DNA of 64,000 nt, taken from the NCBI GenBank assembly GCA_001179505.1, contig CDMY01000117.1:124001-188000 (forward strand). Reading direction: 5' to 3'. The translations under genes were made by a program, and so were the position numbers. The notes below the pieces were generated by a model. That model was not told the DNA's origin and did not search any database. It saw nothing but the letters and a program-made list of their open reading frames with translations. This document shows positions 13,523-26,473 of this stretch, piece after piece; position 1 is the first letter of the stretch, and the number at the start of each line of letters is the position of its first letter. This DNA is from Vitrella brassicaformis CCMP3155. Taxonomy: Eukaryota; Protista; Chromerida.

Positions 13523-14948
13523 ATGGGTAATCACCATAGTGCGAACCGCCACAGTGCCACCATCGATGAGCACACGCTGGATTTCCTCCACAAAGTCGAC
13601 AGAGATGCTCTCCACACGTACGCAAACACACATCAGTGGACCCTCTTGGGTCTGTGTCTGTATGTGTGTGCTGTGTGCAACCGGTCGGAGGTGGGCAGCC
13701 TCAGAGCCACGGCGCATTTCCTCTGGGAAGTCGACTTCTCGCCATACGTCCTCCGCAATCGACTCAATCGCTGCCTTGCGGCCAAGGGGCTGCATACCGT
13801 CGTCGGATTCGACGCTCTGCTGGACCGCCCTCTGCTGCTCAAGGCCATCTGGCTGGTGGACACGCAGCAGTGGAACGAGGTGGCCGATGCGCTGAAGTTG
13901 GCGGCTCAGCGCGGCTTCTGTCAGCTGCCCATGACACTGGCTGTGGCGGATCTGCAGCGTCACGATAGCAAACAGGTGGGCATGATGACCGTGGGGTGAG
14001 ATGGCTGGCACTCATCTGTTTGTGTGTGTTCCGTTGTGTTCGTGTAGGCGTATTTGGCCGATGTGCGTGTGATTGGCCTTTGGAAGATGGTCGGCAGACA
14101 CGTCAACTTCGGCGGCCAGCGGGGCCATTTTGAGCTGTTCGACCAGCCGGGCGGCGGTGTGCGGGCGCTCCGTGACGAGCCTGGCTTCGAGCTGGACGTC
14201 AACCCGCCCCTCCCCGCCAACCACCCATACCACCCACACATCATCGATGACAACCCGCCCGTCAGATCACGAATCGGCAGAGAGGGGGCCAGCTGGACGG
14301 CCGGAGGTGCACGTGTGGTGGTCACGGATGCATCCGTGTCGTCCTTCATCATGCGGTTCATCACGAGGCCTCCAGAGCCGAATCGGGGCGAAACCCCTTT
14401 GGCTAAGGTGGACCGGTACGCAGGACACACCACACACCACACTCAGACAGACAAGATATCCATCCATCCACGACCGCCTCTTCCCTCTGCTCTATGTTAG
14501 TCTCCTCAGGCATGCTCATGGCGGTGTGCTGGACGGCATCCTGAACCACTCTCCCCACCAGCCGCCCGACGGATGCACCGCAGTCATGGCGGGCAGGTGT
14601 GACGATAGTGATCCCCCTGTAGAGGCTCGGCGGCTGGTGCTGACGCCGTTCGACAGCCCATTCGTCGCATGTGTCGATATGTGTATCTTTTCCGACACAC
14701 ACATGGGTAAGAAAGGGGTCAGAGATCCTCTGGTGATGGAGCCGTCCTTTGACCACGTGTGCTGTTTTGCTGCATGCAGAGTTTTGTTTTTCTCGTCACC
14801 ACCGAGCCGCCAGTGGGTGATCCATCGGATGTCTTCAAGGACCGCCGGCCCTCTTCCGCCCCTCTGGTGCGCGGCCTGGTGGGGGACGCCATCGCAGCCA
14901 CGCTCGTCTACCAGACAGAGAAGGCAACTACGCAGTGAATGTGGGTAA
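13523..14948 (+). CDS. Hypothetical protein of a lineage-expanded family, related in part to the 3295-5815 product
   Basis: ORF 13523-13999 splices (KQ|AYLADV) to coding-like exons at about 14048-14415 and 14480 onward. The 3' end is approximate. Confidence 0.55.
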
Positions 14949-15460
14949 CTGCTTCGCTTATCAGTCTCTCTGTGTTGGGTGTGTGTGCGCTGTGCAGGTG
15001 GACGAGGCGAGCTGACGTGACGTGACGTGACGTGTGTGGTGGAAAGGACTGTTGAAATAGGGAGGATATGGGCAGGTGTGTAGATTCGCATATGACCGAC
15101 TGACCGATGGATGGGTGGACGTCGACTTCATCCGTGCCGTGCACACACCACACGTGTGGGAGAGTGCCAATTGGACCACTGTCTGTGGTGGGTTGCATGA
15201 CATGACGGCGTGTGCAGTGAGGGTGGGGTCGAGGGGTACGGTATGGTATGGTAGCTGCATGGGGCATTCACTTGTGGATGGACGGACGGGTACATGTCGA
15301 TGCATCGACGGACACTTACTACTTCATGTGTGTGTACAGTCAATTCAACCATTCATCGCATAACAAGAGAATCCGTGTACACTGGCGAGTCTTTTGCACA
15401 CATCAAATTGATATCAGAATCGCCGGCAGCGAGTGTGCAGGTACACCATGTGTGTGCCCA

Positions 15461-18400
15461 CTACATGATGGCGTCTTGTAGGTCTTGGTTGTCGGCTTGC
15501 GGGCCGTTCTGCTCCTCGCCTGCCTCCTCGAACTCCATGCGAGCCACGCACGAGCCAGCAGGGGTGCCATACACACCTGCCATCCATCCATCCATCCATC
15601 CCCACCTCCACACACTGGGCCCCTGCTGGGGAGGAAAAGGTCTCATTTCTCCCCTCCCTTTCCCCTCCCCTACCGATGATCACTTTGGCCTGTTCGTACA
15701 TGTGGGGTCTGTGCGTGATGACGACGAGCTGGAGCTGCTTGAGTGTCTCGGCCTGCTGGAACAGAGTGCACAGCCGGCCCACAGCCACGCTGTCCATGCT
15801 CGCATCTACCCAATTGACCAATTGACAAGACACAGACAGCCGTCGATGCGATGCACGTGTTCGTACGAGTGCGTACGTGTGAGTGCATTGTTACCTACCG
15901 AGTTCGTCACAGAAGAGGGAGGGGATGGGTGCAGGCCCGAGGATGGAACACGCCAGCGACAGACACGCAATGGCCTGGCTCTGCTGACCTGCACACAGCC
16001 ACACTCACGGAGGGAGCCACCCTTGTGTCTGTCTGTTGTCCATTGTTGTTGCTGTCGTATTTTTGTGTGTCTGGCTTGCCCATGGAGAGTCGCGGGAGTG
16101 CACGCCAGGGGCCGTTGGCCTCGGGCTTGACCTGCATTGGAGCCGAAACACACATGTGGAGAGGAGACACGGCGGTTGGTGTTATGCCATCAATGTGTCG
16201 TGGCCTGTCTCACCATGATTTGTACGCCGTGTGCGTTGAGGAGGAACGCATCGCTCGAATACTCTATCAGCACCCTGCCGCCCTGGTTGTTCACCACCTG
16301 ACACGCACAGAAAACAACTCCATCCATCCATCCATCCAGCCACAGGTACCTTATAGAAAGATTGTATAGTGTCGTTGAGGCTGCTGAGAAACTGCACGAG
16401 CTGTGTGTGTCGCTGGTCGGCCATCGCCTGCCGCTCCGCCGTCTTGTGCTCGATCCGCTGCTGCAGGCTCTCCATGCGCTCGCTCACGATGGCCATCTCA
16501 TGCTTGGTCGAGAAGAATCCCCCGAGGGCCTGATCGATCGATGTCAAGGGACGTCATAAAATGCATGACATGGATGTGTGTGGCTGTGTGAGAGAGATGG
16601 ATGGTACGTCACAGTCGAGTCCGTCACGAGCCTTCGCCAGTGCCTGGATGGTGGGACACAGACAGGAAAGTGATCCATGGTATTGTGTGTGTGACACTGT
16701 GTGCATGTGTGTATCAGTCAGCTCACGATGGTGTCCTCTTGTATCGTGTCTTGGTCAATATGCTCCTCTTCCTCCTCCTCCTCCTCTTCCATGTCGTCTT
16801 GTTCGTCATCACGCTCTACATCGCCGCCATCGGCTTCATCGCCCTCGCCACCCCTGAACACACAGACAGAATTAGGATGGATCTCTCCCTCCCTCTCCCT
16901 CCCGTACCTTGCCGCACACCAGTCCTCAGGGTCGCCTTCGAGGCCGTTGTCCTTCGCCTGCAAAGAAAGGAGAGAGGGATGAAAGGATGCTGTAGAGAAC
17001 CAGCCGGCTGGGCTGGTCGTCAATGTCTGTGCTCACTCACAATTGCGATGAATGTGGATCTGTTCATCTTGGCGTGTCTCAGCTTCTTGAGCCGTGTCGT
17101 CAGTGTCTCCCTCTCCTCTGCCAGCGCCGCACTCTCGGCCTCACTCTTGGCGATCTTCTTGCGAAGCGAGGCCAGCTGCGACTTGGCCTTGTCGGCCTTG
17201 GTGGCCAGGTCGTCATGGCGCTTCTCCATCGACGACAGCTCACGTGTGAGGGAGCTCTTGAGACATGACGCATCCTGTGGGCACGGGCAGGGAGGTGAGG
17301 CGGGTGGGATGGGGCGGCAGTGTGTGAACTCTTGTGGTGTGAATGCATTCACCCACCTGTATGCCGTTGCACATGTCCTGGATATCTGTGTTGAGTTTGT
17401 CCAGGTCGACATTCAGGTTGGGACCCCCACTCGAGGCCGATACCTGACACACAGACATTGATGCGCAGGGGTGGTAGGTTAGATCAGGTTGCCTCAAGCT
17501 GACCTTCTGTTTGAGCGATTCGAAGGATGTTTGCAGCAGCCGCGTGCGGTCCTCCAGCCTGTGTTGCTGTTCCTCTATCGACTCGAGCTCAGCCAGATGG
17601 GTGGCGTACTCCGCCAGATGACCCTCACCCCTCTGGTGCAGAGACTACCGGAGGATGGATGCGCAGTCGACAGACAGGCAGACAGACAGACCTTTCAAAT
17701 TGTTGGGTGCCTCGGAGGGCAGCTCCATGCCCACCTGCGGCAGCCTCTGTTTGGCCTCATCGATGGATTTGGTTGCGTCATTCCTGACCACAGACATACA
17801 GGGGAGGGAGATGTGCTCACTGCCTGTCTCTGCCTGTGGGTGTTGGCTTACACGAGCTGCATCTGCTGCTGTGTTTGTTTCTTCTGTGCGTTGAGCGAGG
17901 ACACCAGGCCGCGCTTCTGCCGCACCAGCGACTGCATACATCGACAGAGAGGGACGTCGGAGACAAATATGCAAAGGCGCAATGGATAGAGCCATCAGTG
18001 CTGCTTGGTATGTTGTGTGTGCGGTGTAAGTACATCGATCTGTCTCTGCAGGGCACTTCGCTTCTGCGAGAGCTCCTCAAGACCTGCACACACACACACA
18101 CACACACACATGCAGAAAGAGCATATGGCGCAAAGAGCAGCACCACGCACCAACCATATGCCGTACCTCTGATTCTGTCCATGAGTGTGCTGCGTTGGTC
18201 TCTGACATCCGCCAGCGCCTTCTTGACCTTCTGCATCTCCTCCTGCTGCTGGTGGTGGCCGGCCCCCTTGTCGTCCACACGCGGCCGCTTCTTGTCACCA
18301 TCAGCCGATGCTGCTGATGCATTCTCCGCCACTCGCAGCAGCCTATGCGATGCGCCGCTGCCAGGACGACCACAAGCCATGATCTCACCGTCACCTGTGT

Positions 18401-21400
18401 GAATGCGGACAAAAGGAGAAGGCTGGAGGAGTCGGTGACGGTTCGTGTGGTGCATTGGTTGTCTGCGTGCCTCTGAATATCTCGTTGTCGCGAGTGATGA
18501 AGTTCTTGCCACGAAACGTCTTCTGCAGCACGAGGGCGTCATCCACGGACTCCACCAGATACCTGAGCACATCCATCCACACAGGCACTGGCTGCTGCTG
18601 CTGCTGCTGCTGCTGCGTGAAGCCTGCCTTGCCTCCATGCGTACCAGTTGTTGACGAGCGATGACCAGATGGGTGTGAGGTCAGGCGACTCGACGTCGAT
18701 AAACGTCATCAGCGGTGTGGCGGTGGCGTTGTTGTGTGTGAGGGGGTGGGGTGCGGCAGTCTCGCTGCGGTACTCGTCAAGGATAACACACTTGACCTGG
18801 CCCAGCTGATGGCGGAAACGGACAAAGGCCAGTTAGGGTTGGTGTGGGTTGCCCCCTGCCTGTCCGTCTGTGTGTCAGCTTGCCTTGTTCTGTTGGAAGT
18901 GCTTGACCACTGCGATGGCCGTGTTGCGTTGCCGGACAACCACACAATGCCTCAGAGGCCAACTGATGACCTGACAAGGGAGGAGGGAGAGGGAGACATG
19001 CGCTAGTGCGATAGGTACGGGTGTCCTGTGGATGTCATTTGACCCGACCGATTCGATCACGGAGGCCACGGACGCGTCGTTGCAGGCACCTGACACAGCA
19101 CAGACAAGCTAGGACACTTTTTTGCCATCACCCATTTCATATATTCGGACCCGTATCCCGTAGAGGTCCGATGAAGGCGTTGCATAGTGTCCCCCTGAGC
19201 TGCTTGACACCCTCCTCCCACTTGCCACACATTGCGCCCGCACTCCCAGCACCATGGGCTGCAACATGGCCCTCGAGCTGTTTGAGGCGCGCCTCAAGAT
19301 TGACCATCTGCTGGCTGCTCTCGTCGTACTGCCGTCGCACAGACCGCAGCTGCGACTCCTCGCACTCCTTCATCCCATCTGACCATCATCAACGTGCCCA
19401 TGGTCTGTGGCAGCCTCGGCTTTGTTCGTGTAGGATGGGCAAACCGACCCGCTGAGAGCTGTGCATTGGCTTTTTCCTCCTTCTTGGCCACATCCTGGAT
19501 CTGCTGCTCGATGTGCGAGCACTCAGCCTCACTCGATTGCACCTCCGACTCGTACTGCATCCATCGATACAGGGCACAGAGGGGACAGATGGATGGGTGC
19601 TGGCGTGTTGTGGCGATCTGTGATGCAATGACCTGTCGTTTCCGTTTGATGGCGTCGAGGTAGGCAGACACGGCCTCGCTGGGCGGCCCGTCGCCGATGT
19701 CTAACCGACCCGCCTGACAAAGGGATGGTGGATGGGGCAGGGCAGCACACATAGGCATTCTCGTGATTTCACGCCACCCACCCATCCAAACTTACCAGTG
19801 TGTTGATGTTCGTTTGTGTGTGCTTGTATTTCTGTTGGCAGTCCTTGAGCTGCTTCTTGCAGTCTTGCAGCTCCTTCGACTTGGACTTGTAGAGCTCCTT
19901 TGCCCTCTTGACCTGAAACAGACACAGACACGGATGCATCCATCGTGGTGTAGGTCTCTATGTCTGGCTGTATGGCTACTGGGCACCTCCTTCTCGTGTG
20001 CCTCGTGCTGTGCCTCGTGCTCGTACAGTGTGTCCTTCTTTACACGCAGATCTGATGCATGGATGGATGGATGAGAACAGCAAATCGATGGAGACCTTCC
20101 CTCCCCTCTGTCTAATGTCTTGCCTTGCTGGAGCTTCTTGACTCTGTTGTCAGCTTGTTTGAGGGCCTTCTCCTTCTCCACCCTCTGATAAACACGCAAA
20201 CAAGCCAACGGTTTCCTCTGTCCGTGCCTGTTTGCCTTTGTGTGCATGGATGTCTGGCCCCTCTCCTCTGCTCGCGCCTCACCTCCTTGTCGAGCTCCTG
20301 CAGTGCCTTGCGCTGCGTCTCATACAGATCCTGACCAATCGACATACACACGTGACGCGCTATGTGTGTGTGTGTCATCGGATGTGCACGTCGCTTCCCG
20401 CACCGTGGCAGCCTCCTCCTTGTCTTTTGATGTCTCCAGCACACTCTGACACTGCGCCGCCCTCTCAGCACAGCTGGTGCTCTGCTCCGTCGCGGCACGC
20501 AGCAGGCGAGCAATGAGCCTCGTGTACATGTGGTGCAGCCTGACGGCGTCTTGGTAGACAGGCTTGAGTGTCTCCATCTGGTCAGTGAGCCGGCGGGACT
20601 CCTGGCCGGCCTCGTGCGCCTCGCTCGACAGCCTCTCCACCTCCTCACTCTGCAGCATGCCGCACGATAGATGCAGCAGCGGCTGTCCAATGTCTGTGTG
20701 GGGGCCTGCAGGGTGCATTCGCGTACCATTGCCTCTATCTTCTCCATGAGCTCCTCTGTCCGTGCGATTCGCTCGACAAACTTGAGCAGAGCATGAGGAC
20801 CCGACAACACCTGAAGCAACACACATCATGGAGCTGTGTAGAACTCACTTCCATGCCCACCCATTCCCCCCCGCCCTTGTCCTTGCCCACCTGTGCGATT
20901 CTGTTCTTCTGTGAGATTGCGAGCCGATCGATGCTGTGGATGTCGAAGCCCAGCTCAGCAAGGGCCGACATGTACTCCTCCTTCTTGCACACCTGCAAGA
21001 TCCCACAACAAGTGCAGAGGAAACGCCACACACACTGCACACGGGCGTGGCGTGCCCTCGCATCTCACATTGTCCGCGGCAGCCTGCAGCAGCTCGGCCG
21101 GCGACACCTTCTCCCCCTCCCCATCAGCCTTCTTGCGCATCATCATGTAGTCACTCTTGGCGTCCTTTGTCGTCAGCTTCACCCGACGCCCCGCCAATAC
21201 GATGTCACAACTGCAAAACACAAAAACACACACACAGGAGAAGGGAACAATATGCACATGGCTCATGTTTCCCCACCTACATACCAGACCCACCATCCAC
21301 CCACCCGCTCTGCAGAGTGATGCCGACGAACGCCGATGCCTTCTGCTGCTGCTGGCGACGGTTGTCATTGACGTACGACGCCAGGTTGCCGCGAAGACTC

Positions 21401-21626
21401 TCCCTGCACCCAGCAGCATTGCATATGGTTAGTGTCGCGCAGTCAGTGCCTTCCATCCTAAGTACTTGTTGGACACGCCGAGGCAGAACTGCAGTGCGTC
21501 GAGGATGGCCGACTTGCCGGATCCATTCGGACCTATCACAGAGGTGAAGCGCGAGTCGAGCTCAATCTCGACTGGGCGGGAGAAGGACTTGAACGCCTCG
21601 CAATATATGGTCGTGATCTTCCACAT
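15461..21626 (-). CDS. Divergent SMC-family ATPase (SMC1/SMC4-like), more than 30 exons
   Basis: N-head with FKSF and Walker A VIGPNGSGKSAILDAL; coiled-coil exons; hinge-like segments (VKQLRGTLCNAFIGPLRD, LRHCVVV..TAIAVVKHF, GQVKCVILD, NFITRDNEIF); C-head LSMG|QQ, Walker B LFCDEL|DASMD and VVITH. Confidence 0.88.
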
Positions 21627-21802
21627 TATGACTCCTTGGATGGAGGCGCCACCAGTAAATCCATGCGCCGAGACTGGGGGTGGTGGGGGCTTCTCTTTCT
21701 CGTCTTCCCGCGCCGCGTTGTGGGGGAAGGGTTCGGCGAGCTTAGCGGTGGAGCTGAGCGAGTCCACAGGAGTAGAAGGCTGATGGCTTGACACCACTGG
21801 CA

Positions 21803-23377
21803 ATGCCGGGTGCTACGTTACCATCAGCCGTTGACAGGCTGCACCAGTGCCTCAACACCCTCCAGAAGAATGTCCACCCTTGCCCCCTCGACGCCCTTCC
21901 CCTCGACGGCATAGCCAAGAGGGAAGGCAAGCTCACTGACGCCCACCTGCAGCGACTGGCTGACGCACTCGCCCGTTCCACCACCTTCCACGGCTTTGTG
22001 GACCTCTCCAACAACCTTGTAACGGACCAAGGCCTCGTGACATTCGCGGCTTCATTGCTCGCCTCCCCCAGTTCCCCGCTGACCGGCCTGTCGCTGTGCG
22101 GCAACCCCGTGGGCGACAGAGGTGCCCAGGCTGTGGCGCAGCTCCTCGCCCGCCACCCGTCATTCACGAGTATCGACTTCTCGCGCACTTGTGTGGGCGA
22201 TGACGGCACGGCCGCCCTTGCTAACGCGGCGCGGCTCAACGGTCACGTTCGTGAGTTCAGGGCGGCTCGCGTGGGCCATCACGGCCTCCAGTATATCCTG
22301 CAGATGGCGCAGAAGCTCCGTTCACTGACCTCTTTGGAGTTCACGCCAATCGACCAGGTGACGACTCTGCGGTTCAGGACGTCGCTTGAGGATGGTGACT
22401 TTGACGTGTCTGACTATGTGGCGCCGAGGGAGGCCGGCGAAGAGGAGGAGCCGGCGGCCGCTGCGCCACAGGGAGGGGGAGACGAGGAGGACGAAGAGGG
22501 CGCTGCAGAGAGGAGACCGAAGTGGCCGCCCGAAGGCATTCATGCCGATGACGACTCTGTCGGAGAGGAGACTGCTGGCGGCACTGTCGCGAACGGTGTG
22601 GACCTGACCCTCACAGTGCAGTCTCTGCGGCTGCTGGACATCAGGGGCGACGGCCATACTCTCAAGCTGCCCATAGGACCCGACAGCCGCAAAACGGCCT
22701 TCACGCCCGCCTATGAGGCGCTGTTGAAGCAGCTCGTCAAGTCGCTCGAAGGCCATAGGAAACTGACGGATGTGCGGTGCGGGGTCGGTGAGGGAGAGGG
22801 GGAGGAGGGAGAGGGAGAGGGAGGGGTGCCGGATTGGCTGAGGAACGACCTGGCCAATGTGTGTCACGAGCACGAAGCTGCTCTGAGGTCGGATGCGGCC
22901 GAACATGCCAAGAGACACCACAGGAGCCCTCTCAAGTACGCCGAGCGAGTCGCCACAGAGCTCGACAAAGGCAAAGGTACACACGACACACACACCAGAA
23001 GATGATAAAATGCCCAGACAGGTGACCATGCGCATGGCATGTCTCTTATCTGTGTGTGCAGCTCCTGAGAGCAAGAGTGTGCTGCCGATGCGCTCTTATG
23101 TCGACCGTTCGCTGAATGCGCTGCTGAGCGACGCCTTGTTTGAGCTGCAGCGGCACAAGAGTAAGGGCAACGAGGCCGTCAGCGACGCCAAGGGTACGCC
23201 CAAAGACCCACAGCAGGCAGCAGAGTGGCGGGGGGTGAATGGATGGATGTGGGTGGGGTTCATCTTTGTGTGTGTCTTGTGCGTGCCGTTTCTTTGTCAG
23301 GCGAGTTGGCGTTCATCTCCTTATTCATGCAGAGGAAGATCAACAACACCAAGAGGCTCTTCGACACGACTCAATGA
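21803..23377 (+). CDS. RNI-like leucine-rich repeat protein with acidic insertions and a short helical C-terminal domain
   Basis: LRR units FVDLSNNLVTDQG, LTGLSLCGNPVGDRGA, FTSIDFSRTCVGDDGT and LTSLEF. A large first exon is followed by two short exons ending RLFDTTQ*. Confidence 0.8.
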
Positions 23378-23535
23378 ATGAATGAATGAATGGCTCTTGA
23401 GTGGTTGGGGGGCGTGTGCAGGGGTATGTGGGTGTGGTGTGGGAGGTGGGAGAAAGGGAATTTCCTCCTTAATTGTCTCTTGTGTGATCTCATGTGAACG
23501 GGTTTCCTCAAGTCTCCTTTCTTATTGTCTGTCAC

Positions 23536-26441
23536 TCACGTGTCTAATCTGACAGAAAGCACCCCATCCTGCTGTCCGTCGACTGTCGGCATGCATATGT
23601 CCCCCTCCCCCAGCTCCTCAAGTGCATCCCTCACCTCACGCCCCAGCACACTCTCACTGCGGGACCGCACCGACTTCCTCACCAGACCACAGACGAAATG
23701 CACCACCACACCACCACCCCTCTCCCGCACTCTGTCAATGTGACCCCTCACGACAGACAGTGAACCCCCTTCCCCTTCCCCCGCCCCATCATCGGCGTCA
23801 TTTCCGGGCTGCCACCCCGCACTGATCCGCCTCACCACCCACTTGGCCGTCTCCCTCGCAAATGGCACCGCGACCTCCCGCAGGTCGATGGCCATCTCCC
23901 TCTGCCGCTCATCCACATGAGCCGACACAGAAACGGTGAAGACACCCCCCTGCAGCGTCATGCTGTCGCGCCACAGCTGCTGCGTCGTCACTTCGGTGCT
24001 GCGTGCTTCGGGCAGGGAGGCCGTCAGTATGGCATAGCCGCGGCGGGTGAGGGGGACGCCTCGCTGTCGGGCTGTCTTTGCCACGTCCAGTGCGAGTTGC
24101 GACTCATCGACCAGACAGAGGCCAATGGCGGCGGCGCTGTAGGCCATCTGAATGGGTGGCTCGGCAGACAGAGCAGGCGATTGTGTTGTGTTGGGTGCTT
24201 GTGTGTGTGAGAGGACAAGTGGACGTACCCTTAGCAAGGGGGGTCGCTCAGCGTCGCTGATGTGGGCGTCGGCGTCGATGCGCCCCACCGTCTCCGCCAG
24301 TACTTGGCGGACCAGGGACGCCCTCTGTGTGCGGTCATCAGAGGTCTCGGGCAGCATGTCCCCGCCCATGGCCATTCTTCTCAAGAGCTGCACGTATAGA
24401 TGGGGTCGCCACTTGGCCGGTGACGGGCTCTGCTGAAGCAACTGCCATGACTGAACCGAACCCGCCACACAGACAGACAGAGACGAAAAGGCTAATGCGA
24501 TGATGCGGATACAGTCGTATGTTTTCCTGCATTAACTAGATGCACTGCACCCACTTACCTCTTCTGGCGACAGCGCCACGTCCATGGCCGCCATCAAAAG
24601 GCGCTCGCCCCCCTCCCCCCTCTCCCCAGTTGCCTCCCTGACAGCTCTTCTGGCCAGCTCTTCCGCTGCTGTGGCCAGCCCCACCGCATCATAGGCTCTG
24701 ATGACCTCGCCAACATGAGCACCATACACCAGAAAGAACCCCTCCTTCTCAGCCACATGGCTCTTGAGCTGCTGGAATAGCTCAATGCACATGGCATTTT
24801 GTTTGCTGCTGCGGGCCTTCTCCAGCACCATCAGCCATTCGGAGGTTGTGAGGCGGTTCAGCTGGGCGGGCGAGTCGAGAAGGGAATGCAGGAGGCGGCC
24901 GACGGTTGCTGGGCGGACGGTGTGTCGGAGTGCACGGATGGGGGATGACCGGGCGGCTTCCATGGTGGCGGCGTGTTTCTTGATGTGATAGCTGAAGTCG
25001 GTCAGCTGTGAGGGGCCCCAATGCTGTCCATCGACCATCTTCCGCTGCAGTCGGGCCCTCCACTCGTCAATCAGGTCGTCAGGGCATCCTTTCAACGCCT
25101 CAGCAAACTCACCAGCAGGATCCAGCAGATCTGTAGCAGGCAGGCAGGCACAAACAACATCATGGAATGGCCACCCACGCGGCCATGCATTCGATGTGAT
25201 GTGATGTGCTTACTTGCAGCCAATTGGAGCTTCGATGCCTCCCCGCTCCTCTCACACGCGCCGACAACCGCCGCCACCATGGCTGGCGTCACTCCCGAAC
25301 CACCCAGCGCCCCTCTGGCATCATCCAGCCACCTCAGAGCCATGCCGGCAGGGTCCACTGGTGCCTGTGAGCGATCGAACGCAGAGGGCTGCACGACCAG
25401 GGAGGAGTTGCCGGCACCGTCTGTCGTGGACGGTGGCAGCGGATGCGCAGACATGTCCTCCAGGAGGTCAAGGAATGTCCCCCAGCAGGCCGCCACGAGG
25501 GAGAGGGGCGACCTGGACAGGTGGATTCGCACATCGGTGTCGTCAGATAGTGATGTGGGTGCTCTTGATAAGAGCGATGGGGGGCGTTTCTCGACAGATC
25601 GCTTCAGCCTCTGCCCAAGGTAAAGGGAGATGCGATGACTGACTGACTGACCGATTGACTGCTTATTTATTGACGGGCTGGCTCACTTGCATGAGGCCTT
25701 CAGCGTCTTGCCAGCGGTAGAGGAGCCGGTAAGCATACAGGGCGTACAGGCACATCAACAGAGCTGGACACACACCACACACCACACATCAGCGAGTGAT
25801 CCCGAGGCAGCCTAGCCACAGGCAGTGTCCCACCATTCTCATTGAGCGGTGCCGTCTCGTCATCTCCCTCCAGCACTCCCTCGGCAGCTTCTCGCAACAC
25901 CTCTAGTGCGTCCTCAGGCAGAGAGGTGGCAGTTCGCGACGCCGACGCCGATCGCAGAAGGGCTCCCGACACCAACAGGGAGGCCTCTATGTCGACGGGG
26001 TAGGGTGCACTCTTGCCGTCTCGGTAGAGATCTAACGCAAAGGCACCCCTAAAGGACGGACGCACCCACACACGCGCATTCAACCAGGCTGTCTGGCAGG
26101 CAGGCAGACGTACTTGTCCAGTTTGGCTGCGGCGGCGATGGCAAGCCTGAATGCATGGTCATCGTTGAAGGCCACCCCCTGCCACTGCGCCAGCCGCCAT
26201 ACCATGATGACCTGCTCCATCGCACCCACACGATAGCATTCCCTCATGACGCGGAGCGCCTCGCCGCTTGTTAACACCAACGAGGGGCCGATCGTCTGCG
26301 GCTTGTTTGCGGTGGTTGCCCTTGTCTTGTCTTTGTGCCATGGGAGGACAGTGACATCTGGGGGAGCCATGCAGGCCTTTGTGAGCCGACTGACGAGGGA
26401 GGCAGCCTCATCGCTGTCATCCACGCGCTTCAAAGCCTGAA

Positions 26442-26473
<32 letters not shown>

